The position numbers were made by a program, and so were the translations under genes. The notes under the pieces are model-generated. The model saw only the letters and a program-made list of their open reading frames with translations. It ran no database searches and was not told where the DNA came from. A stretch of 64,000 nt of DNA from Octopus vulgaris (Eukaryota): positions 58,342,001 through 58,406,000 of the forward strand of contig OX597828.1 in assembly GCA_951406725.2 (NCBI GenBank), in the 5' to 3' direction. Positions 28,541-42,429 of the stretch are shown here, in pieces (the first letter of the stretch is position 1; each line of letters opens with the position of its first letter).

Positions 28541-28600
28541 GGAACGAATCAAAATGCTAGTTTACATAATTCCAGTTATAAACCAAGGGAAAATATCTCT
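28541..28600 (+). CDS. Candidate 60-nt internal exon (phase 0: GTNQNASLHNSSYKPRENIS; phase-2 frame also open)
   Basis: Strong acceptor ttttttactttacttttcag and consensus donor GTAAGT. Length is a multiple of 3. Confidence 0.55.
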
Positions 28601-29924
28601 GTAAGTGTTTCTTCTTTATTCTCCTTTACTCAACAGATATTAGGTATTTGTTTTAGTTAAAGATCTCATTAAAATTTAGCAGAAATGATATCCAAAGCAA
28701 GAGTCTGATTGCTTACAAGTAACAGCAATTTGGGTGAGTTGATGAGAAATGAAGGAAAACTTTGCAGAATTAAATTACATGTATGCATGGTGTCCAGGAT
28801 ACATTTGACAGTTTGCATAAAAGGAACACAATATTCCAGCCAAAAATAAATGCATTCAGAAAAAAATAACAAATATCAACTCGGTTATGACTGGGAGATA
28901 AGGATTTACTCAAAGTAGCTGCCCTCAGCTTCCACTATGACCTCCAGGGCCTGCCACATGCATTCTACATTGGGTCCCTGGGAAGATCTTCAAACACCTC
29001 CATGATCTTAGCTACCATTTTGGCTTTGGCATTACAGGCAGAGCAGTTTGTGTTTTTCTTTAACCACACCCGACATATAGTAATACATGGAATTACAATG
29101 TATTTAGAAGGGGGTGCTGAAAGGTTCCTGGCTTTAAGGGTATTTCTGTCTACCAAATCCACTCACAAGGCTTTGGCTGGCCCAAGGTACCATGCAGTGA
29201 GACTGAACTTGGGACCATGTGGTTATGAAGCAATCTTCTCACCACACAGCCACAAGATGCATTTTTCTCATCAAAACATCTCAAAAACTTACCTTGTGTC
29301 CCAAACAAAGTCAGGCCTATATTATGTGCTTTAATACACTAAAAGTTCCTTTTTCCTCGGTATACGCTGCTGAAATTGAACTATGTTTAATATTCCCAAG
29401 TGTCCTTTATGCATCGAATACAGTTTATACTTTTTGTGTTTTTAACCTGAGTGGTAAGAGGCTTGCTTCCCAACCACATGGTTCCAGGTTCAGTCCCACT
29501 GTGTGGTACCTCAGACACTTAACTATAGCCTTGGGCCCACCAAAGCCTTTCCATTTTGCTAATAACATTAGACCTTTCCCAAATATCACTCTCTTTTGCC
29601 TTAAAACGAGTTTATTCTCCGACCAATCCAGTCTATTAACAATAAATTGAACCAGCAAGGTAGCTTATATTTGATTATTTGATGTCCTAAAAATAACAGC
29701 TAAGCCTCACTCAAATCACATATACCACCTTAAATATGCAAAGGACTGCATTAGATAATGTAGTCTTATAGATTTTTTGAAAAGACCACATGGCCGCAAC
29801 TGGAAAGCCTTTGATCCTAGCTTTGGTTGATTGAGGTTTAAAGGAACAACGTTAACACTAAACTAAGAATTGAATTTCTCTTGAAACATTTACAAAAAAA
29901 AAAAAAAAAAGAAATTTAGTTTTC

Positions 29925-30360
29925 AGGCCTATTCTCACCTATGATCATGAATGTTGGGTAATGACCAAAAGAGTATGATTGCAAATACAAGGGGCCAAAA
30001 TGGGGTTCCACTGAAGGGTCTATGGAATAACATTAATCGACAAGGTGTGTAACTTGGAGATCAGGGAATCTCTCCAGGTTGAGATTCTGTTTCTCTACAT
30101 TGAGAGGTCACAGTTCTGGTACTGCAGATGTATAATTAGAATGTTATAGGAAAGAATCACAAGATGGATTCTTCAAGATGAGCCAATTGGCAGAAGATCT
30201 AAGGGCAGACCAAGAATGCGATGGTTGGATAGTATCCAGAATCACAGTTAGTCACACCTAGGAATAATGCTGAAAAGTATAATGACAATTGCTTCGGAGA
30301 ACCCTTTGAAGTGGGTGCTTTAGGTCCACCCCCATGCCCCTGCTAGGGATTGTGGGCAGA
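29925..30360 (+). mobile_element. Decayed RTE-clade LINE C-terminal fragment
   Basis: PILTYDHECWVMT...AKMGF..RV.GITL.DKV.N.EIRE.L...GRRSKGRPRMRWLD. Confidence 0.85.
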
Positions 30361-33029
30361 GATGGATTGAAACATCAGGCAAACGTTTCCCATTAAATTA
30401 CACCTTATATACTCTGCCATTAAGCTGTCTATGATCTGCTTGCCTTTGTCAAGTTTGTTGTTTTAGGAATTATGTTTTGGAGTATATAATCTCATCTAGC
30501 AAGGGTTTCTTTAATGCTCTTACATCAACTTGTCTTGTTTAAGTAAAAAGTTCCCTCAATATTTTGACTTCATTTGTACTCAGTAGTTGTCCCTGTTGAC
30601 ACATTAGTTAGTAACTATGTTGCGGTGTTGTATTCCTGATCTGTAAGACATCAGTTCTACTTGCTTTACTACAACTGTATGTAAAGTCAGTATTTAAAAT
30701 GGGCCTTTTTGTTCTTTCACTGATCTGTCATTGAATTGTGGCCATACTGGGGCACCATTTTCTTGGGTTTAATTGATGACTTCAGGAAAATTAAAAAGTA
30801 AAGTGGACCTGGGTGGTATTTGAGCTTTGAGTGTAAAAGGGCTGAACCAAATACTACAAGGTATTTTGTCTGACACTTTAATTCTGCCAGCAACCACCCG
30901 CAAAATACTTTATTAAAATGCATTTGGAAATGTCTGAATTTGCAGAACTGTCTAAACCACTTCTTGGAAAATAGGTCAAGAGGTAAAAGCTGGTCGATGT
31001 TAACGTTTCCCAGCATCAGATACTATCATTCTCAAGTGGTGCTTAAATTCATTTCAGTAGGGGCTGAGTATTCAAACTAAAAATTACCCTCCTTAGAATA
31101 TCATGCTGAAAGTTTTAAGGTAGGAGTGTTGGCCATTCTGGTCTTGTCATCAAAATTTAGGACACACCAAACTGCATTAAATACATGATTATATATAAAG
31201 TGCACGTTATCTAAATCCTGCGACTGGCGATATTTCATTTTAGTTTCTCTCATCTGATCTTGTCACTGTTTGAATTTTCTATGTAAAAGAATTTGTAATT
31301 ACATTTATTCATGATATTTTGAGATAACTATTATGACTGTTAATATGTTCTTTTGTCATGTACCTTTAAATAATCTATTGTTTACATTCCATCTGTAAAA
31401 TGTGAATGCATCTGTTGTTCAATGTATAACGACCTGGAATTCCTTGCCATTCACTGTCATGTGACCTTGTAACAATAGTAATAGGAATATATTCCTCACT
31501 CTGTCGTTCTACAGAATTCTGATTCTATTTAATTTAGTTTCTGTTTTGTTTTCTCTTTGATTGACTTTGTCATACAGATAGCTTTCTAAAACTAAGCCTC
31601 TTTCATTGACTTCATGTCATATGGGTAGGTTTCTAAAACTAAGCTACTTTCTAACTACCAGTTAACATTTTAAGAATATGTAAACTACATCACCATCATT
31701 ATTTCAATATCCACTTTACCATGCTTGCTCTTCCTTTTAAAGTCTAACCAAATATTTCGGTATGTAACTGGAACTGGCCATTTATGATTTTGTCAGAACT
31801 TTTTTAAATGCCATTTTAAAGAGTTCCCAAAGCAGAGTATAACTAACATAAATTATGTTTAATGAAACCCTTCCTATTATCATAATATTCATATTATTAT
31901 GGTTCAGTTGTACCTTTGCAATCTTCTTGATCTGCAGATGTTTCTGTTCCTTTCAATTAGCCAATCTCAACATTCAGAAAATTGAAACTCTTAATTAATT
32001 GAAATTGTATTAAAAAGAAACAACTTCTCATAATTTTACATCTGAGGAAAGGAAAATCTCATTTGCTTCTAATGTGAAATATCTGTCATTATGACATCAT
32101 GTTATTTCATTTTCATCCTTGAAATCCAAATAAAGTAGAATTATGCTCGCTTTCCATATCTTGCTTATAAATATGTTTATCTTTTCTTTTCAATGGTTAC
32201 AGGTATGATTAGTTGAAGCAGCCATTTTATTTATGCTACTGATGCTCTAGGAAGAACAATAAATATAACAGCTTCTTATTTTCCTTTCCTGTAATGCTGA
32301 GCTCTGACTTGGTAGAAGCCCACAAGATTATCCACCATTTTCCCAACAACCTTGATCCCCTTTTTGAATTTAATATTTCTGTTACCCATGGATACATTTG
32401 GTCAATCTGAGGCTATAGTATTTTTGAGTTTTAAGTTTCATTTTTTTATGATTGTAGGCAAATCAGTTGATGCTAAGCAGTCTGATCACAAACATCTAGA
32501 TCAAAAATGTCAAATTGATATAAACCTTTTTAGATACAAAAATAGACAATAAGAAAAACTGTAGCAGAAACTTCCTGAATGTCAGAGCATCTAACATTTC
32601 TCTACAGATGTAGAAACCTGAGGCTAATTCTACTTTGTTTGTTTTTCAAAACATTGCTTGATTCTAGGAAAACAGGAATGGTGACTGAAAGAGTAGGACA
32701 GGCTGCTGTTAGAAGATCCATCCTAACCACAGGATATTATGCCTGTTGCATGAGGAACTCTGCAGCCAGATATATGTTCATAGACTGTGTGTCAGTGGAT
32801 AGAAATGGAATCTACCAATATCTGGAAGTCTTATGAACAGGAATTTGGTTGGATAAGGCAAGCCTTATGTGAAAACTTCAAGGTTTGTAACAAAGTCAGG
32901 AAACTAGATAGAAAATGATGGTGGAAGATTAAATAAATGAAAGAAATCTAGTAAGAATTTCTTTGAATGCTACTACATTAGCTTGTCTTGTTTAAGTAAA
33001 AGTTCCCTCAATGTTTGGATTTCATTTGC

Positions 33030-33352
33030 ATATACAGCTGTGTGCGTGCGCACATACACGCGAGTACTGTCCAAATCTCCGACCAATCGCATGCAGCTAG
33101 CTGGCATTCAATTGGCATATCAAGTTTCACGCATTTTGATTGGGTTTTGGATAGAAAATTCACAAAAAAAGTCACTTCTATTGATTTTTTAATGGCTTTG
33201 CGGGGTGACTGGGGAAATGTAAAGATGTGCATGACCACCCTTGGATGGTTTTGAATGACCATAGAAAGTGCAAGCCCTCTAACTGAAAAATTGTGGATTT
33301 GTATAAAGGACACACACACAGACAGACATCTTGCCATTTATATATATAGAGA
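33030..33352 (-). mobile_element. Non-autonomous Helitron-like insertion
   Basis: Minus strand starts A|TCTCTATATATATAAA..GTCTGTCTGTGTG. It interrupts a local duplicate of 30510-30640. Confidence 0.5.
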
Positions 33353-34649
33353 TTTGTACATATTGTTGATACATTAGTAAGTAATTGTGTTACAGCATTA
33401 GATTCCTGAATGAAAGAATCAGCACATATGCTGAGCTTTGATAACCTTAGGAGGCCTAGCATAGATACGGGGACCACATGAAGAGGTCTTTAATTAAGAA
33501 ACAACAACAAATCTATAATTATAAACACAAGCAGTATGATTAAAGCTCTTAATTTCTATTGCTTAACTGTCTTACAGGGAATGGATATGTGTTGTAGTTA
33601 CTTGGTGGGCGTGAGTTTAACTTGTAGTTCATTCAATCTTCTCTCTCTCTCTCTCTCTTTGTCTCTTTGTGTGTATATGTAAAAGGGTCCTGAAAGTGTA
33701 TAAAACTGGAGTATTTCCAATGTAGTACTTATTTTGAGCTTTTTACTATCTACATTCTCAAATTAGAATTTTGAGGAAGATTGAAGTTTCCACTGTTGTA
33801 GAGAATCCAGGCAAATTTCTATTAAATTCAATTTGTGGGTCTTATGAAGATTAATATGTAATCCAAAAAAGATGACAAAGAAAGAGCTTAGCTCATTTTT
33901 AACCATTGGTTACAATTATTTTGGTACCGCTCCTTTTTTAATACCATTATACATAAATATTTCATGAGGAAAGTTGTGTAATATTTGTGGGGTTTTTTTT
34001 TTCCTTCATTAGTGGCATTTCATCAGCCTTGCATCAAAAGATTCACTCTTATATTGGCATAATGTTCACATGGTTGGGAAGCAAACTTAATCACAGAGCC
34101 ACACCTATTCTGGTTCAAGAGGAATGAGAAAGCAGCATTACAAGCCAGAGAATAAATAATTAATCCAAGAATATTCCTGATATGGACAGCAGAATGAGAA
34201 CAATCTACTCCTGTGGATTTAATAAAGTATTTGGATAGGAAAAATTCCAAGGACATTTCTGAATGCATGAGAGCCCTTGAAGAAGAATGGAAGGGACAAC
34301 AACCAAAATGTTGTAACTATAATAGCTGGGATGCAGCTACTAGTTTGAATAGATAAGTGTATAATAAAGGCTGTAATAGTTAAGTGACTATTTCTATAAA
34401 TAACTGAATGCTGTTTATTACTATTTGTACTTGTGTAGGGGGCATAGAAGGGGTTTTCATTGTTTGAAATTACTATGTTGGATTAAATGTTTACTTGTTC
34501 TCTGCATATTGATCAAAGTTATTTAGATAAAAGAGAAAATGGAAAACTGTGTCCAATTAGGAATCTACACACTCAGTTTGCTGTGATTTTACCACTGCTT
34601 TATACTGACTGATGTTATATTTGTCTTTGCATTATACAGTAGAATATAT

Positions 34650-35090
34650 AGGGTGGGGAGCTGGCAGAATGGTTAGTGCACGCCGGGCGAAATGCTTAAC
34701 AGTATTTTTCTGCCGCTACGTTCTGAGTTCAAATTCCACTGAGGTCAACTTTGTCTTTCATCCTTTTGGGGTCGATTAAATAAGTACCAGTTACGCACTG
34801 TGGTCGATACAATCGACTTAATCCCTTTGTCTCTCCTTGTTTGTCCCCTCTATGTTTAGCCCCTTAAAAAAGTAGTAAAAAAATAAGAGTTGTTAGTGCA
34901 TCACACTGGCTGTTTCACAGTATTTTGTCTGTCTTTAGATTCTCAGTTCGAATTCTGCTGTGGTTGAATTTACTTTTCATCCTTTAGGGACCGATAAAAT
35001 AAGTACCACTTGAGCACTGGGGTTGATGCAATCGACTTACCCCCTACTCCAAACATGCTGGCCTTGTGCCAAAATTTGAAACCATTATAA
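34650..35090 (+). mobile_element. Two tandem or nested family A SINEs
   Basis: Two copies of the GCCTTTCATCC..AAGTACCA core with different tails. Confidence 0.8.
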
Positions 35091-35849
35091 AGTATAATTG
35101 TTAGCATACCAGACAAACAGAGGCACACAAATATATACATATATGTGTGTATATATATATTAATTGATATGTATGTATGGAGTGTTAGGTGTGATGTATG
35201 GAAATTGAATATTGAGAAGGAAAGGCGTCAGAATTTTGGAAAAAATCTTTATTTCTTCATATACACTATGGGCTTCTTTCAGTGTCTATCTACCAAATCC
35301 ACTCGCAACACTTTGGTTGGCCCGGGGCTGTAGTAGAAGTCCAAGGTGCCACGCAGTGGGACTGAACCTGGAAACGGCCACTCCTGCGCCTTGTGTATGT
35401 ATACACACGTGTAAGTATACACATATATGTGTATGTATACACATACACACTCACACACACATTTACACGCACCCACACATATATTTACACACACACAGTG
35501 GAGGGGGAATAATACCGAAGATAGAGTAACACGCTTTTTTATTTATGCTTTTGCAGCTTTGATAAAAAAAAAGTACACACACGCACACACGTATCCATGC
35601 GTGTGTACCATTGTTTGTTTCCGCCACCGTTTGACATCCGGTGTTGGTTTGTTTACGTCCCCGTAACCTCGCTGTTCGGCAAAAGAAGTGTATGGAATCG
35701 ATTTATTATTAGACTAAATGTTTGAAAGCAATGCCTCAAACGTGTCTATAGTCGAAAGACTGAAATGAATTGTTAAAAAAAAATTAAAGATAGATAAGAT
35801 ATCCATGTCATTCTCGCAAATTAATTTTTAGCCTTGTCAATTGAAGTCG

Positions 35850-35982
35850 GGGCTATGTCACGTGACCCGTTCGTTGTGAAGCATCGAAATGTGGTTGGGT
35901 GGTGCGAGTGGTGAGAGTTACCTGCCCCTGCGCATGAGGATCTGCTCTGAGCGGAAGTTGTCAGAATGGAAGCGAAAATGGC
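35850..35982 (+). promoter_or_regulatory. Putative CpG-rich core promoter / 5' UTR
   Basis: Palindromic E-box GTCACGTGAC at 35857-35866, NRF1-like TGCGCATG at 35929-35936, ETS CGGAAGT at 35952-35958 and YY1-like AAAATGGC at 35975-35982, all immediately before or at the start codons. Confidence 0.6.
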
Positions 35983-36082
35983 AGCTGGAGACAAAAACAA
36001 TTTACCTTATGCATTGCCTGATCTTTCGGCGCTTACGGAAGCCGAAAAGCTTCAGGTGATGGCAGTTGTACAGCGAGCCAAG
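35966..36082 (+). CDS. First coding exon of a RIM/Piccolo/Slp-family-like protein (N-terminal Rab-binding/SHD helix)
   Basis: MEAKMAAGDKNNLPYALPDLSALTEAEKLQVMAVVQRAK. The PDLSxLTExE...xAVxxR motif is characteristic of RIM/Piccolo/rabphilin/Slp N-termini. In-frame TGA upstream at 35948. Donor AAG|GTAGGT. Confidence 0.8.
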
Positions 36083-38324
36083 GTAGGTGAAAACCAAGAA
36101 TATCATTATCCTATTCGATTCGTGTAAATCGTTCCTTATCAAAGGCTAAGTAATCCCGTGCTGCTGTAATTTTCTTTCTCTCTCCCATGAAATTCTCCCC
36201 TTCTTTGCAGGATTCTTTTACCGTCTAATTAATATCACCTGCTTTTTTCATTTTATTTATAAACATTGATAATGTTTAGTATTTTTGGTATTATCTTTTG
36301 TTTTGCTTTTTGTTTTCCTTTCCGACCCATTCCTATCCGTTGATCGCTGCTAGCTCTGATCATTCCGTGCTACTCATTATTAATAAAACACATTCTCCTT
36401 TCGTCCAGCATTTACGGAAACGAGTGATTTCTGATGTGTAAATTGCTTGATGGAATTCTTGGAAAGCTAAATGCGTAAATCAAATGTTCGGTGATGCTTA
36501 TATATCCGACCGTTTGTTATTCTCCATCTGCCCCTCCTCCACTTCGTTCCTCGCAGACAACAATTTTGCTGTCAACACATTCAAAAGTCGCCTCATTACG
36601 ACTGCAAACAGAAATTTCACAATCTTTCATTATTCCACTAACTTTTTTTACCAATTTTCCAAATACTTCGAAGCTGTCCTTTATTTTCTGCTTCACATTT
36701 ATTCTCAACTTAGTTTTTTGTTTCAAGATAAATTTCACTACCGAAGCTAATTTATGTATTGAGAAGTCAGATGTTTACTTCATGATATCCTATTGGAAGT
36801 TTATAGACCCATCAAATCACTATTACCATCATCATAATTTCTATCACCATACTACTACTTACATTATTGGTCGTGAAAAGATTTTTTTTTTCCGCTTTTT
36901 TTCTCATGCATATTTTCGTTGTTTCTTTGCACAACACAACTTGCGATATAATTCTTATCCTGCTTCTATCGATGCGCTCCAATTAGTCTTCTGCTAAGAT
37001 CTACTCTGTCGCACACATTTCTTTCTCTATTAATTTTTTTTCCCCCTGTGTAGTTAATGTGATTGTACCTCTTACTGGTTATATATATGGCTTTGTTGTT
37101 TAACTCCTACCCCACATCAAGTCAGTACTGCTGATCGTGCAAACCGATGATCAAAGACGTTCTATTCGTGACCATCTCGTAATATAGTGCATTTGCATCT
37201 TATATATATATATATATATTTAGGTGATAAATAAAAATATATGCATACATACAAACATATATGTACGTACCTACATCTACACGTATATATACATGCATAT
37301 GTATATATATAATGACGTTAGTGTATGATCTGAGAGAATGTTGCTGCTGTTTCTAGCAGTCGAGCTACCACAGAAACGCTTTCATTGGTTTTGACTAATA
37401 GTGTTTATTTATTCAGTTTAGACGGAAACTGGTACTGAATAGCACAAACAGACTGTCTAGTCTCTCAGCTTTACTAAATCCATCCATTCATTCATTATAA
37501 AACACATCACTTTCCTTTCTCTCTCTCGCATATTCAATTATCTACTGATTACCACAAAACTTTTCTTATTAACAATTAAATTTGATAAAAATCCAGACGA
37601 TTAGTTATTTGATAATCAAAATATACTTTTGTTTTTACATTTATTTATCGATTGAAATTAAAGGGAAACTTCATTATTACCATCGTTTTTCTGCTGCTAG
37701 GCGTTTTTTTTTTTTTTTTAGTATATTGTTTAGTGGTAAGCAGTTGCGTTTAATTAACATCTATACTTTCTAATATCACTACTTATTAATTCTTTAATGA
37801 AACTGTCAGTGTTGATTTGTAAAGAGAACATGGATTACTAATGTTAAATTGAATAACTGCAATAAACGTAGCGTGAAATTTCGCTGTAATTAATCTGTGT
37901 GTAATATGAATAAATATTATGAAGGTAGTTATTGCGGATTATTTTTGAATGCTTCAACTTTAGATGTCTGATCTAAGAAATGAGTCATTAATTCTTGAGA
38001 ATACTTTTTTTTTTTCTTTTTGTAGATCGTGACTAAGTGGGTGCTATATTCATTTTATTTACATATTAATTATAGATGTCAGTTGTTGAACCGAGAAGGA
38101 TTTTTAGCTATTCAGTATTTTCTTTTTTGTAGTCTTTCAACTGGTTCAATCGGCAATCTTTTTCTCTGTTATCGCTAAAGATTTCGAGGCCCTGTTAGGA
38201 ATTGAACTTGCGACATGACAATTAGGAACAGATTGAATGAACTGGAAACTGATTGGCTGAAATCCTGTACAAATCAAAATAAAAAGCACAAAGAATTTTG
38301 GGGAAATATATTTCGTATAAGGAA

Positions 38325-38550
38325 CTTCAATCTTTTATCTGTTACTTGTTTCAGTCGGCCATGCTGGAGCAGCACCTTGAAGAATTTTTAATCAAATGAA
38401 TCACCTCCAGTACTTTTTTTAAAAGCCTAGTACTTATTCTATCGGTTTCTTTTGCTGAACCGCAAAGTTACGGGAACAAACACACCAGCACTGGTTGCCA
38501 AGTGGCGATGGTAGTGGTGGTGGTGGTGGGAGACAAACACAGGTACAAAG

Positions 38551-38621
<71 letters not shown>

Positions 38622-38785
38622 TACGACTTCTTTCAGTTTCCGTCTACCAAATCCACTCAAAAGGCTTTGGTCAGCCTGAGGCTATAGCAGAAGACACTTA
38701 CCCAAGGTGCCACGCAGTGGGACTGAACCCAGAACCGTGTGGTTGGGAAGCAAACTTCTTTCCACACAGCAACACCTGTGCCTAT
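38325..38785 (-). mobile_element. SINE family B, full length
   Basis: Homologous to 14470-14850. Confidence 0.88.
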
Positions 38786-39826
38786 GTTCTAAAATATTTT
38801 CAAAAATAAGTATTCCGTGACAAAACTATTGTTCAGCAGAACTACAAGTTGTATGGTGGTTCAATAAACCAGTGCCGTTAAAGAGGATTCATTCATAAAA
38901 CATATTTCTAAATTAATTTTGTACTCGGCATATTTATTTGTTTACTTGAGTACTGTGCAGTTTTGAATATAATGTCACCTTTTGCCTTTTGTATATTTAA
39001 AAAAAAATATTTATGTAATTTTGGCCTTGGTGCTTTTGTATTGAATTTCTTGCCTTACACATAAGTAAATGCAGTATGTTAACATTGTGTGAATGTGAAC
39101 CTGCACAGGTGTTCAACTAATGCAAGCAAGGTAAAACAAATGCTTACTATATGTTCAATGGACACTTAGCAAGTTATTATTATTATTTTTTTTTTTTTTT
39201 TTTGCAATTATGAAATGAAAAATAGTAATATGTATAAATTTGCATAGATATGAATATTTATATAATCATAAATAAATGTAGATTATATCGTTATAGATAA
39301 TTATAATTTTGAGGGGATTCAATATTATTCGCTAGTTAACTGCAACAGCAAATGTATGCTGTACTTGTATTTAGGGGGAGAATAGAGGACATAAATCAAT
39401 TTTGTTAACAATTAACATTTAATAAGTACATTCATTGTACTACTCTATCATACTAGTTTAAGCAGTCAGTTTGCACTATATTGTCAAACCATTTTTATAG
39501 TATTCTAAAGGATTGGAAATCAATCTCTGATTGTTTGTGCATTTACAAAGGATTAACAGAATTAGTGGATCAGTTATGTTAATTACCTGACCTAATTAAC
39601 TCTAAAGGTAGTTCATATTAAGCGCAGAGGTTCTGATTTGATGAATGATTTAAAACATTTCTGTTTGTATAGAGGATATCTGTTTACATTTAACGAACTT
39701 TGCTAGGCATCTTAATGACACCAGCATCATATATGAATGGGGTACTTTGACAGTAACTGTAGCTAGATAAGTTACCATGGTTACTCTATTGCCTAAAATA
39801 TCAGTGCTTCAATTCTCCAGCTAAAG

Positions 39827-40178
39827 CAGTGTTTCTCAACCTTTTTACCCTTGTGTAGCCCTTAAAATAAATTGCATGTCTCAAGGAACCCCTGCACAAA
39901 AAAAAATTATATACCGTATCTTTCTCAATTATTTTTCATCGTAGTTCATGTGGTAAATATTATATATATATGTGTGTGTGTGTGTGTGTCTGGTGGTTAT
40001 ATTTTTTGATAACATAATAGGTTAGATAGGATGATGTTTATATTACAATAACCAATAATATGTTGTGCGTGTATAGTAATATTATGATCATGGAATTAGC
40101 ATTAGCTTATCTCACTCTTTCTCACGGAACCCCTAGGAACCTTTTGTGGAACCCAGAGGTTCCAGTTGAGAAATGCTG
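39827..40178. mobile_element. hAT-like MITE
   Basis: TIR CAGTGTTTCTCAAC/GTTGAGAAATGCTG and subterminal GGAACCC repeats. Confidence 0.7.
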
Positions 40179-40339
40179 CTCTGATGTATTTAGTATCTAC
40201 TGACTCAATCTGCCTAGCTCTAAATTGTTATCATGGTGAGGTATTGGCATTAGTAGACTGGAAGTTTGCAGTGCAGAGTTCAAATCTTAATGGGCTTATA
40301 CATATGATAAACCAGGTTTATTACATCATTATCACATCA

Positions 40340-40805
40340 AATTCAATGACTGGCGTCTGTGCTAGTGGGGTGCAAAGAGCACCATACGAGTGTGATCATT
40401 GACAGAGCGGCTAACCGGTTTCCATGCCAGTGGCACTTAAAAGGCACCATTCAAGCGTGATTGTTACCAGCGTCGCCTTACTGGCACTTGAGCCCCGTGC
40501 TAGTAGAGCACCATCCGAGCGTGATCGTTACCAGTATCACCTTACTGGTACCTGTGCCGGTGGCATGTGTAAAAGATTCGAGCGAGGTCGTTGCCAGTAC
40601 CGCCTGACTGGCCCCTTTGCCGGTGGCGCGTAAAAAGCACCCACTACACTCTCGGAGTGGTTGGCGTTAGGAAGGGCATCCAGCTGTAGAAACTCTGCCA
40701 GATCAAGATTGAAGCCTGGTGCAGCCATCTGGTTTGCCAGCCCTCAGTCATTCGTCCAACCCATGCTAGCATGGAAAGTGGACGTTAAACGATGATGATG
40801 ATGAT
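40340..40805 (+). mobile_element. SINE-like family C, young copy
   Basis: CpG-rich, with internal subrepeats and a (GAT)n tail. Confidence 0.85.
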
Positions 40806-41046
40806 TATGTTAAAATAGATTTAACGTAATAACTGTTTGACAGAGAATTGAGGAAACCAAAAGTGGTTCTGTATATGTTTTTTTTTTTGTGTTTTTCATA
40901 TGATTACTGAACCCTGTGTGGTTAAAAAATTTAATGAATGGAAAGTAGATTCGAGTTGACATAGAACAATTAAAACCAAGAAAGTGTTTTTAGATGAACA
41001 AGAGATCAATACAGTACACTTGTGTAGTAATGTTATGACTAAGTGG

Positions 41047-41490
41047 AAGGCGGCAAGTTGGCAGAATCTTTAAGATGCCAAGCGAAATGCTTAGCAGCAT
41101 TTCATCCATCTATATACTCTGAGTTGAAATTTCACTGAGATCAACTTTGCCTTTCATCCATTCATGGTCAATAAAATAAGTACCTATTTCTTTACTACCC
41201 ACAAGGGGCTAAACACAGAGGGGACAAACAAGGACAGACAACCTGATTAAATCGATTATATCGACCCCAGTGCGTAACTGGTACTTATTTAATCAACCTC
41301 GGCGGAATTTGAACTCAGAACATAACAGCAGACGAAATACCGATAAGCATTTCATCCACCGCGCTAATGCTTCTGTCAACTCGCCGAAATAAAAAAAAAA
41401 AAATAAGTACCAGTGGAGCACTAGGGTTGATGTAATCAACTTATCCCCCTCCCCCCAAATTTCTGGCCTTGTGTCAAAATTTAAAACCAT
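41047..41490 (+). mobile_element. Family A SINE containing an inverted nested family A copy (~41185-41390)
   Basis: AAATAAGTACC duplicated around the nested copy. Confidence 0.75.
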
Positions 41491-41741
41491 TATTATGACT
41501 AAATGGCTAAATTAGTAGTGAGTGAAACAACCAAGTGAAGAAAATTCTACATTCTACAAAATAGCAGAGGGAGGACTAAAAGACTAGGTGAAACAGTTTA
41601 GTTACTTGGTCGGTACTTACATCATTGTAAATGGTAATGAAAGTAAATATTTGTGTCATGCCAGGCACTAGTGTGATAAAATACTTTGTTTCCTCACTGT
41701 TATATATTTTGAGATGTCCAATGAAGTTAATCAGCCCTATT

Positions 41742-42033
41742 GTTGTTTGTTCCTTCTCGAGCCATGCCTGGCTCATAAGGGCCGGTTTCTTGGCGTATAG
41801 GTTCGCCACTTGGATGGGACGCCGGTCCATCGCAGATGAGCTGCAAGATGCAGGAGGAGGAAAGAGTGAGAGAAAGTCGTGGCGAAAGAATCAGCAGAAG
41901 TTTCGTCATTAATTTCTGCCGGAGTCGCGTGAAGTTTATGTGTTTCGCTCATAAACACACAAATCATCCGATCTGAGATTCAAACCCTCGACCGCGAGTC
42001 CGCTGCTCTAACCACTAGGCCATGTGCCTCCGC
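41742..42033 (-). mobile_element. SINE family F
   Basis: 13-bp TSD AATCAGCCCTATT. Confidence 0.9.
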
Positions 42034-42429
42034 AATCAGCCCTATTAAGATCAGATACTTATTCCTATTGGTTATACAAATGAAAAGAAAGAATTAAATA
42101 TTCTGCTTGACAGTCACCAAGTGTAAAAATTCTTCCAGGTACTTCAAATCAACAAAGTGGTTAGCTCTGGAAGTTTTCCAGAGCACTTTTGAGCTACATT
42201 TCATTGCCTCTAATTCTTCAATATTTTGTTCGTTAGGAATGTACCCCGACCTATGGAAGTTCGCAACAGTGTTTTTCCATCTCCAAAACTAACTCATGTC
42301 TTTTATTTTGTTAACTTTCAACATCTCAAAGCTAATGCATGTAATCATAAACAACCCCAAATATACTTTTGTGATTAGTCGAAATCTACAAAAGATAACC
42401 ACTGAAGTGTGTCTGGCCCAATATACTAT

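Noticed and set aside
32579-32836. 85-aa ORF, possible Tc1-like remnant
   Set aside because: No convincing transposase motifs or TIRs.
34270-34320. CTTGAAGAAG...CCAAAATGTTG as a decayed hammerhead of a Penelope-like repeat
   Set aside because: Too degenerate to fold the core or stems.
36190-36235. Acceptor-like TTCTTTGCAG at 36210 as exon 2
   Set aside because: In-frame stop within a few codons and no donor. The 56141 exon continues the domain better.
36484-36997. 168-aa and 88-aa ORFs downstream of exon 1
   Set aside because: Low-complexity intronic sequence with no recognisable homology or supporting splice structure.
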